From Syntrophobacterales bacterium (GTDB lineage: Bacteria > Desulfobacterota > BSN033 > WVXP01 > G020346125), in contig CP070774.1 of NCBI GenBank assembly GCA_020346125.1, positions 2,006,290 to 2,056,775 on the forward strand: a stretch of 50,486 bases of DNA. The letters run 5' to 3'. Of the stretch, positions 42,955-50,486 are shown one piece after another. The translations under genes were made by a program, and so were the position numbers. The notes below the pieces were generated by a model. It was not told the DNA's origin and did not search any database. It saw only the letters and a program-made list of their open reading frames with translations. Each line of letters begins with the position of its first letter. Position 1 is the stretch's first letter.

Positions 42955-43866
42955 TTAATTTAAGATATATTTCATGGGGTTTACGGGAACCCCGTTCTCC
43001 CTTACCTCATAATGGAGATGAGGGCCTGTGGACTTTCCCGAACTCCCAACCTCCGCGATCTTCTGTCCCCTCTTCACCTTTTGGCCGATCTTAACGTTTA
43101 TCTTATGCAAGTGTCCGTAACGGGTGGAGAACCCGAATCCATGGCTGATAACCAAAATCTTGCCAAAACCCCACTCCCTGCCGATATTAGTGACCAACCC
43201 GTCCGCAGGGGCGAAGATGGGCGTGCCGGTACGGTTTGATATATCGATCCCCTCATGCATTTGTCGCAATCCCGTAAAGGGGGAAATTCGATATCCAAAA
43301 CCAGAGGTAAACCATCCCCTTGCCGGCCAAATAGATGGGGTATGGGTCAACTGAACCCTTTTGTTTTGCAGGAGGCTTTCCAGTTCCTTGAGGCTGCTCC
43401 CTTCCGCGGTAGCCTCCTCATCCAACCGTTCCAAGTCGTGCCTCATCTGTTTCATCAACTCCTCCTCATTCCTCTGGAGGAGCAAGGTCTCTCGAATATC
43501 CTCAGGTGAAGGCCCCCCAATTCCAAAGAACCGTCTGGTACTTCCCTCCGAAGCCTCGAGGTTGGCCAGAATCCTCAGCCTTCTATCAAATTCCCTCATC
43601 CCCGCGATCTTTCTCTCCAACTCCCCGATTTTCTCGCAGAAAAAATGAACCTGGGACCGCTGAAGCTGGGTTTCCTCCCGTAATCGGCTCAGTTCCATGA
43701 CCTTCTGCCTCATAATTACGTAATCAAAGCTAAAATACCCGAGGAGGATGAAGAAGATAGGAATGGCGAAACAGATCAATTTGGCTAAGAGTCGGGGCAA
43801 TCTGTATCTTCTGATTGCGGAAGCCTTCTTAGAGAAAATGAGGATATTGTAAAAGTTCCCTCCCAA
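42955..43866 (-). CDS. M23 family metallopeptidase
   Basis: TM anchor, coiled coil, HEGID, YGHL, STGPHLHYEV. Confidence 0.92.
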   Translation of the reverse strand: MGGNFYNILIFSKKASAIRRYRLPRLLAKLICFAIPIFFILLGYFSFDYVIMRQKVMELSRLREETQLQRSQVHFFCEKIGELERKIAGMREFDRRLRILANLEASEGSTRRFFGIGGPSPEDIRETLLLQRNEEELMKQMRHDLERLDEEATAEGSSLKELESLLQNKRVQLTHTPSIWPARGWFTSGFGYRISPFTGLRQMHEGIDISNRTGTPIFAPADGLVTNIGREWGFGKILVISHGFGFSTRYGHLHKINVKIGQKVKRGQKIAEVGSSGKSTGPHLHYEVRENGVPVNPMKYILN

Positions 43867-44412
43867 AAATTACCCCCTTTCACCTACCAAACGAACTACT
43901 CACCTGCTCAAATATCAAAAAGAAATTGAGATGTCAAGAATTTTTTTCATTAAACTCGTTCAGCGAGCACCGTTGTCATACTTGCTCATGAGGGCCCAAC
44001 TAAGGTGAATATATACCAGTACCCCCTTTTTGATCGGGACTAAATAGAAGCAAAACCCATACCAAAGAGATGTACTCATAGGAGCGTAAGCCTCACATTT
44101 CATCGATATTATGTTGCATATCCTATCGAAAAAACAGAAAAAATAGGAAATATGAAGATCAAAGGAAGAGTAATTCCCAGGCACGCTCTGTCCATCCTTG
44201 AATCTCATAATATCGCGATGTGTTATCTAACCTTTTTTCATAGATAGTACATTTTTTGCGCAGCCTTCATGTTACGAGGATCTTATCAAATCAATCTAGT
44301 GACAATCCTCTGAAAAATTGGCAAAAAGAGCTCTGAGCGCACATTAAACGTTCCGAATTATTGCAATATTGAAATCATAGGTTTTTTGTAACGACCGATT
44401 TGTGCTATTCAC

Positions 44413-44597
44413 ATGGAATGATGGAATAGACCATATGGAATATTAGAATGCTGGATTATTGGAATAGTGGGGGAAAATGCAATAACCATTCTCAATTGTT
44501 TTCATCCTTCTGGACCCATTATTCCACTATTCCAGTATTTCCCATCGTTCCATTATTCCAATCTTCCAATAATCCAGTTCGGTTATTCCAATATTCT
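44413..44597. repeat. Second octamer-periodic GGAATA/TATTCC inverted repeat element
   Basis: ATGGAATG ATGGAATA..TTGGAATA GTGGG ... CCCA TTATTCCA CTATTCCA..TTATTCCA ATCTTCCA. Confidence 0.8.
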
Positions 44598-44694
44598 GGC
44601 TAGGGCGAAGCCCCTGAATTCATATAATCGTCAGAAAATTATGACCATCCCTTGGAGGGAGCCAGCCCACGGTAGTTCGTTACTGGGCGAGGGA

Positions 44695-46053
44695 TCAACG
44701 GCCACTTATGGCGAGCTTGCTTGTTCTGAGGCTTGGGGACCCGAGTTTCCCCGTGAAACGAAAATCTGACCCCACCTCCTCGATGTTCTTAAATAGATCC
44801 AGGACGTTTCCTGAAATGGCGATCCCCTTCACCGGATGGATGGGCCTCCCACTTTCGATCCACGAACCAGCCGCCCCAAGAGAAAAATCGCCGGAGATGG
44901 GGTTTGCGGTATGGATCCCCATTACTTCCTCGATCACGATACCATTTTGGAGGCCTCCCAGAAGATCGCTAAAGGACCTATCCCCCCTCTCAATATAGAG
45001 ATTGGAAATGCCGAGCGATGGAGGGACCTTTATTCCTTCCCGGATGCAATTGCCCGTTGACCGTCCTTCCTCTCGGCTTGCCCAATAGAAATCGAACAGG
45101 AAGCCCGTGATCCTCCCGGAAATAACTACCGGCGTTCTTTGACTCTCGACTCCTTCGCCATCGAAAGGGGAGGTAACCATCCCCTGGGGATGTAACCCAT
45201 CATCATAAATATTTAGCTTTGAAGAGAATGCCCTTGAGCCTAACCCATCGGAAAACAATGACTTCCCCTTTCGAACGTTTTCTACCGCAAAGGAGGGAGC
45301 CAGGATCGATAGAAACTCACAGGCGATCTGATTTCTGATCAGGGTGGGATAGAAGGCGGTTTTAAGGGGCCGAGCCCCTAATTTCTCCCTCGCTTTTCGA
45401 GCCGCTTCCCTACCGATTCGAGCCACATCGAGCCCTTCGAACGAATGGTGGAAATCAAAATCCCATCCCATCTCTGATTCCGAGCCCTCTTCTGCGACTG
45501 CCATCACGCTCCCCATAAAGATTGAGGAGGTAAAGCCCTCCTCAACTCCCTCCGAATTCACGAGAAATACCATTCTCTCAGCATCCTCATAAATCGCCTT
45601 CCCCACCCTCTTTACCCGCTTGGGATCGGAGGCAAGGGCCATAGCTTCCAAGGCCATCGCCTTCTCTATTCTCTCTTGGGCGGAAATGCGCCTTATTCGC
45701 CCATCATAGATACCGGGGATGGGATTAAAATCCCTCGGAGGTGCGGGGAATCCATAAAATGGATCTGCCGAGAGGTTTGCTGCTCCATCTATGGCGGCTT
45801 CTATCATCCTCGCGATCTCAACCGCATCAAAGCTGGTGCAATAGGAGAAGCCGAGCCTCTGGCCCTTAATAATCCGGAGTCCGAGTCCCATTGACTGAGC
45901 CTTCTTAAAGGACTCCAACTCTCCATCCCGCACTTCGATGCTCGTTGAGACGGATTGGGAGAGATAGATCTCATATCCATCGACTCGTCGCTTTTTAATC
46001 CCTTGGACGCATTCGGCGGCAATCTCCCGGGGATTAAAGCGGTCATCAAACAT
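44695..46053 (-). CDS. pmbA: TldD/PmbA family protein (PmbA/TldE type)
   Basis: GLGLRI, PFDGEGV, STGN, SNLYI, ANPISGDFSLG, AISGN, GSPSL; no HExxH. Confidence 0.88.
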   Translation of the reverse strand: MFDDRFNPREIAAECVQGIKKRRVDGYEIYLSQSVSTSIEVRDGELESFKKAQSMGLGLRIIKGQRLGFSYCTSFDAVEIARMIEAAIDGAANLSADPFYGFPAPPRDFNPIPGIYDGRIRRISAQERIEKAMALEAMALASDPKRVKRVGKAIYEDAERMVFLVNSEGVEEGFTSSIFMGSVMAVAEEGSESEMGWDFDFHHSFEGLDVARIGREAARKAREKLGARPLKTAFYPTLIRNQIACEFLSILAPSFAVENVRKGKSLFSDGLGSRAFSSKLNIYDDGLHPQGMVTSPFDGEGVESQRTPVVISGRITGFLFDFYWASREEGRSTGNCIREGIKVPPSLGISNLYIERGDRSFSDLLGGLQNGIVIEEVMGIHTANPISGDFSLGAAGSWIESGRPIHPVKGIAISGNVLDLFKNIEEVGSDFRFTGKLGSPSLRTSKLAISGR

Positions 46054-46120
46054 CTTTTTTAAATCCTTGAACTGAGTCCCTAATCCCGCTGAGGAAGGTC
46101 CAATAAGGATAACCCCTCTT

Positions 46121-47116
46121 TTACCATCTGATCAATGAGCTTGCCCAGGTGAGACCGCCTCCAAAGGCCGTAAGGCAAAGCAAGTCTCCTGCTTGTATAC
46201 TTCCATCTCGCAAGGCCGAATCGAGGGTAATGGGAACGGTGGCCGATGAGATATTGGCGAATTTCTCGATAGTCAAATAAACCCTTTCCATGGGGACATT
46301 CAATCGCTTTGCCATTGACTGGAGGATTCTAATGTTGGCTTGATGGGGGATGATCCATTTGACATCTGAGATACTATAGCCATTATATGACACTGCTTCC
46401 TCACATGCCTCGGCGAAATATTTTACGGCAATTCGAACCGACTCGTTTGCCTTAATCATCTTCAAATAGTGGAGTTTCTTGTCCACGCTCTCATATGAGA
46501 TAGGTGTTGTCCTCGAACCCCCGCCTGGCAAGAGGAGATTTTCTCCTCCTGCGCCATCGGTATTGATGTGAGTCGATAAGATCTCATGGATATCTTCATC
46601 GGAATCAACCGCCTCCAATACTACGGCTCCTGCCCCATCTCCCCAAAGGATGCAGCTCTCCCTGTCCGTCCAATCGAGAGTTCGGCTCATGATCTCCGAG
46701 GCAACGATCAAGGCATTTCTATAGATCCCCCTTCGCAAATACTGCTCGGCTACCGATAAGGCAAAGATGAATCCGGAACAGGCCGCCAAGATATCGAATG
46801 ATACGGCCCGGTGTGCCCCCAATTTCGCCTCAAGCCAGTTGGACCCCGCTGGACATGCTGTATCTGGTGTCATCGTTGCCATGATGATGAGATCCAGGTC
46901 TTCAGCGGAATAACCACCCATCTCCATTGCTTTAAGGGATGCATCCTTGGCTAAATCCGAGGCGTCCACATCCGGAGCTGCGATCCGCCTTTCCTTGATT
47001 CCAGTCCTCTTGAAAACCCATTCATCATTGGTATCCAAGACCTTCCCGAGGTCAAAATTGGTCATCACTTTCTCGGGCAAATATGAACCCGTTCCCCGTA
47101 TGGCTATCCTCTTCAT
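46121..47116 (-). CDS. fabH: 3-oxoacyl-ACP synthase III
   Basis: GTGSYLPE, RTGIKERR, AACSGF, GDGAGA, PHQAN, ANISSA, FGGGLTW. Confidence 0.93.
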   Translation of the reverse strand: MKRIAIRGTGSYLPEKVMTNFDLGKVLDTNDEWVFKRTGIKERRIAAPDVDASDLAKDASLKAMEMGGYSAEDLDLIIMATMTPDTACPAGSNWLEAKLGAHRAVSFDILAACSGFIFALSVAEQYLRRGIYRNALIVASEIMSRTLDWTDRESCILWGDGAGAVVLEAVDSDEDIHEILSTHINTDGAGGENLLLPGGGSRTTPISYESVDKKLHYLKMIKANESVRIAVKYFAEACEEAVSYNGYSISDVKWIIPHQANIRILQSMAKRLNVPMERVYLTIEKFANISSATVPITLDSALRDGSIQAGDLLCLTAFGGGLTWASSLIRW

Positions 47117-47206
47117 TTCCGACTCCGCCCTCCACTGCTATTCTGAGATCTTATCCTTCTTGTTGCCATATTGTCCCGCCCTTTCAACGAGTTCTCCTCC
47201 CCTTGA

Positions 47207-48502
47207 TCAATCCCATGGATCTCCCTTTTCATATAATCCCCACAGAATATCGCACCTCTTCCCCGAAGCGTTACGTCCATATCGATATATCCTGTAAAGG
47301 GGAACCCAATTCCTCTCAAACCCCTCATCCTCAAAGGGGATCAAGTGGAGAAGAGAGAGGCTTACCTTATCTTCCGCCCTGGAGTATTTGAAAAAGGGCC
47401 AAATCGATACATGCTTCGATATCTCCTCCCCTTTACGGTTGAATACAGTCTTTGTTCGATTGATGAGGAGAAACCGACGAACCACCTCCCGCTGATCTCC
47501 GAAGAAATCCTCCTCACATTGATAGAGAGGCCATAAGATCCAGCGGCTTCGAGAATCCGGTGTCTCCTTACAACGATAAAAAGGGAATATTCTGAATTCC
47601 CGAACCTTATCCCCACGAGCAAAGCAGAGAAAAGGCCAGGGCACTTCCCACCTGCTCAATCGGTCCCGTTCATCCACCGTATGGGAAAAAAAGGGCCACA
47701 ATACCGTTACGTGCCTTCTCCTTTTCGACCGGACATCCCGATACAGGGGGAACACGATGCGCTCCCTTTCGGGATCCTCAGTATCTAAATCCCGAACCCC
47801 CTTAACGAAAAATGGCCAAAGGGCGAAATCGACCCTGGAGACTCCCTCCTCTTCCTTATAGCCCCATAAGGGCCAAAGGCGAAAACCCTTCTTCCCCCCG
47901 CCGCTCGTTGCCGAGAGGATAGGCCAAAGGAAATTCCAGGTATAAGCCCCTTCTTCACTCCAATCCGAATAGATGGGCCAAAGGTAAAAACGAATACGAT
48001 CCCGGCCGAATCGATCCACGAGTTGTCCGAAGAATGGAAAAATTCCCCAATATCGTTCACCCATCTCCGTTTGCCCCTTAAAGAAGGGAAAGAGGGCAAA
48101 GTCCTTCGACCGCCTCCCCTCACCCCATGCCTCGTCCCTCGATAAGAACAGGGGTACGAGGTAGTGTTTGGTCTCCCCCCCCTCCCGCCTGAATTTTCCG
48201 AGGGGGTAAAGGTATTCAACCCGAAGGAAGTTTTCTCTATCATTTTTTGTCCAATAAAACAAGGGACGAACGGCAAATTCTACTTCCTCAATCCCTCTTT
48301 CCCTATAAATCAGGGGCCCAAAGATCCTAAGCTTGCTCCTGGCCATTTCCGTATCGCTCCAATAGTGAAAGCAGGGCCACAACTTACGGACGAATCCCTT
48401 CCTTTCGCTGCATTTCGCACTTGGGATCGAAAAGAGAGAAAATAGAATAATTCCGGCGAGAATTAAACGTCCCGTCTCCAGCCCCTTTGAAAGATCTCTC
48501 AA
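47207..48502 (-). CDS. Exported hypothetical protein with about 17-19 aromatic 'LWPFF'-type repeats
   Basis: Signal-like N-terminus; recurrent h-[WF]-P-[FL]-[FY] motifs roughly every 17-22 aa. Confidence 0.8.
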   Translation of the reverse strand: MRDLSKGLETGRLILAGIILFSLFSIPSAKCSERKGFVRKLWPCFHYWSDTEMARSKLRIFGPLIYRERGIEEVEFAVRPLFYWTKNDRENFLRVEYLYPLGKFRREGGETKHYLVPLFLSRDEAWGEGRRSKDFALFPFFKGQTEMGERYWGIFPFFGQLVDRFGRDRIRFYLWPIYSDWSEEGAYTWNFLWPILSATSGGGKKGFRLWPLWGYKEEEGVSRVDFALWPFFVKGVRDLDTEDPERERIVFPLYRDVRSKRRRHVTVLWPFFSHTVDERDRLSRWEVPWPFLCFARGDKVREFRIFPFYRCKETPDSRSRWILWPLYQCEEDFFGDQREVVRRFLLINRTKTVFNRKGEEISKHVSIWPFFKYSRAEDKVSLSLLHLIPFEDEGFERNWVPLYRIYRYGRNASGKRCDILWGLYEKGDPWD

Positions 48503-48537
48503 CTTTTACCGGTTTCCCCTTCCATCCTGAAGGACCT

Positions 48538-49608
48538 TTAAAAAATCAAGCCCATCAACGTTCCCAATACCGTGATCGGTGTCTGTTCCCGCAACCCCTC
48601 CGCACCCTTTTGGACCTTCTTCAGGGTTTTCTCCGCCTCCTTTATTAGGTGATCATCCGTGAGAAGTTTTCCAACGGTCCCCTCTCCACTGTCCAGCTTT
48701 TCCGAGAAGCTTTTAAAGTTGGCCAGGGTGGCCCTGGCGTCCAGGTAAGCCTCTTCCTCGTTGATGAGCTTACCAAGGGTCCCCTCTCCCCTCTGAAGCT
48801 TCTCAGTCATCTCCCTCAAGGCCACCAGCGTCTCTCTGGCGTCCCGATAAGCCCCGTCATCATTGATGAGCTTGCCAAGGGTCCCCTCTCCCCTCTGAAG
48901 CTTCTCAGTCATCTCCCTCAAGGCCACCAGCGTCTCTCTGGCGTCCCAATAAGCCCCGTCATCATTGATGAGCTTGCCAAGGGTCCCCTCTCCCCTCTGA
49001 AGCTTGGTGCTGATGTTTCTAAAATTGCCAAACATCTCCCTTGCATCTGCTATCAATTGTGGAAAATCCCCGGAAAAGGTCTCGAAATTGGAGACCACAT
49101 TCCCCACCTTTTCGGGGTCGACCCCTTCAAGGATTTGACTGAGCGGCACAAGAACGCCCTTAATATCCTCCCCGATTCCGCTTAGACGGGAGAGGACCTG
49201 TTCGAGGCTGACAGGAGAGGCCCCCTGTTGTATCATGCCCTCCTCTTTTATTCTCGGCTTCTCCTCGGACCCCGGGAAAATCTCGATATATCTCTCCCCC
49301 AATAACCCCTCCGACCTCAAATAGGCCCTCGCATCCTCATAGAATTGAATATTGGGCGGGATTCGAAGGGCGAGCTTCGCCTTTCCCCGTTCAAGGGAAA
49401 TCCTCTCCACCGTGCCGACATTGACGCCGGCTATCCGGACAGGCGAGTTCCGGTTTACCCCTGCAGCGGAATCGAAGAGGGCATAAACCCTGTAGCCCGC
49501 CTCCTTACCCAGATGAAACTTCCCCACAGTTAGCGTCAAAAAGGCCAAAACGATGATGCCCAAAAGCACAAAGATACCTACCTTGGTCTCCGTCTCCATT
49601 TTTTTCAT
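48538..49608 (-). CDS. mlaD: MCE/MlaD family protein with helical repeat extension
   Basis: ETKVGIFV TM anchor; FDSAAGV..SPVRIAGVNVGTV..GLLGERYIEI MCE domain; GEGTLGKL repeats. Confidence 0.9.
   Translation of the reverse strand: MKKMETETKVGIFVLLGIIVLAFLTLTVGKFHLGKEAGYRVYALFDSAAGVNRNSPVRIAGVNVGTVERISLERGKAKLALRIPPNIQFYEDARAYLRSEGLLGERYIEIFPGSEEKPRIKEEGMIQQGASPVSLEQVLSRLSGIGEDIKGVLVPLSQILEGVDPEKVGNVVSNFETFSGDFPQLIADAREMFGNFRNISTKLQRGEGTLGKLINDDGAYWDARETLVALREMTEKLQRGEGTLGKLINDDGAYRDARETLVALREMTEKLQRGEGTLGKLINEEEAYLDARATLANFKSFSEKLDSGEGTVGKLLTDDHLIKEAEKTLKKVQKGAEGLREQTPITVLGTLMGLIF
48734..49005 (-). repeat. In-frame 102-bp (34-aa) tandem repeat within mlaD, about 2.7 copies
   Basis: TTGATGAGCT recurs at 48761, 48863 and 48965; unit KLQRGEGTLGKLINDDGAY(W/R)DARETLVALREMTE. 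Confidence 0.92.
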
Positions 49609-49630
49609 TCCCAACCTCCTTAAAAGATCC

Positions 49631-50398
49631 TCATCTTGCCTTGATTGGCCCTTCGGCCTTTCCTTGAATGAATTGCTGGACTATAGCATTGCTCGATTCC
49701 CTGATCTGTTTCGGAGTTCCGACCTCGATAATCTTCCCCTCATATAACATGGCGATTCGATCGGCGATCTTGTAAGCGCTGACCATATCGTGGGTAATGG
49801 CGATGGAGGTGACCTCCAGCTTCTTGCGCATCTGGACGATCAAATCGTTAATGGCATCGGCCATAATGGGATCGAGGCCCGTTGTGGGCTCATCATAAAG
49901 CAGTATCTCCGGCTCCATGGCAATGGCCCTTGCCAGGCTCACCCTCTTTCTCATTCCTCCGCTCAACTCCGATGGCATGAGATCCTCGACACTCCTCAAC
50001 CCCAATAGCCCTAACTTCTCAACGGCTATCGCCTTTATCTCCCCATCACCCAGGGAAGTATGGTGTTTCAAACCGAAGCCGACATTTTCCCAAACCGATA
50101 GCGAATCGAACAGGGCACCGGCCTGAAAGAGCATGCCGAACTTCTTTCTGATCTCATTGAGGGACCCTTCCTTTAGGGAGGTGATCTCTTGTCCATCGAT
50201 ACCTATGCTTCCGCTGTCGGGCTTGATCAATCCGATAACGCACTTGATCAGGACGCTCTTTCCCACCCCACTTCCCCCTATCACCACCATGCTCTCGCCC
50301 TTGTTTACCGTCAAATTTATTCCTCTGAGGACGTAGTTTTTGCCAAAAGACTTGTGAAGATCTACTACTTTGATTTTAACAGATGTATCCCCGATCAT
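49631..50398 (-). CDS. mlaF: MlaF/Mkl-type ABC ATPase
   Basis: GGSGVGKS, FQAGALFDSL, PSELSGGMRKRV, YDEPTTGLDP, ITHD. Confidence 0.92.
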   Translation of the reverse strand: MIGDTSVKIKVVDLHKSFGKNYVLRGINLTVNKGESMVVIGGSGVGKSVLIKCVIGLIKPDSGSIGIDGQEITSLKEGSLNEIRKKFGMLFQAGALFDSLSVWENVGFGLKHHTSLGDGEIKAIAVEKLGLLGLRSVEDLMPSELSGGMRKRVSLARAIAMEPEILLYDEPTTGLDPIMADAINDLIVQMRKKLEVTSIAITHDMVSAYKIADRIAMLYEGKIIEVGTPKQIRESSNAIVQQFIQGKAEGPIKAR

Positions 50399-50427
50399 AA
50401 ATCCCTTGATGGCAACAGTCCAAGGAT

Positions 50428-50486
50428 TTAAAACAAAATGGCCGTTATGAAGTAGTTGGAGATCAGGATGACCAGACAGGAGAGGA
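50428..50486 (-). CDS. mlaE: MlaE-type permease, C-terminal end (partial)
   Basis: LSCLVILISNYFITAILF* directly upstream of mlaF. Confidence 0.7.
   Translation of the reverse strand, partial: LSCLVILISNYFITAILF

Noticed and set aside
43960-44400. AT-rich interval with an 82-aa ORF
   Set aside because: No recognisable motif or RBS; cannot distinguish a remnant from non-coding DNA

Overview
Chromosomal segment of an anaerobic bacterium, most likely Desulfobacterota (Deltaproteobacteria); the taxonomy is inferred from gene content (ahbD, ccsA-hemA-hemC-hemD-hemB, PxxKW protein, dksA-galT cluster, intergenic repeat types). Most of it is housekeeping: lgt, dksA, galT, polA, the haem operon, proS, pyrF, rlmB, argJ, secA, pmbA, fabH, mlaDEF, tRNA-Ala(CGC) and tRNA-Thr(CGT). 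The strongest hidden feature, missed by the ORF track, is an exported UshA-fold probable selenoprotein at 779-1897 with an in-frame UGA in a C-P-T-U motif, a downstream hairpin and degenerate phosphoesterase metal ligands. It sits upstream of a membrane rhodanese and a MauE/DoxX protein, suggesting an extracytoplasmic Sec/thiol redox module. Other candidates are an MCE (Mla) locus with a recently tandem-expanded helical MlaD plus a W/F-P-F repeat beta protein, a group-2 sigma factor with a Fur-family box at its promoter divergent from the haem operon, an exported acetolactate-decarboxylase-fold/CARDB protein, a terminator-like leader before the PxxKW gene, nested miniature repeat elements and several deletion-type pseudogenes. 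All family assignments come from motif recognition by eye; no database searches or folding programs were run.
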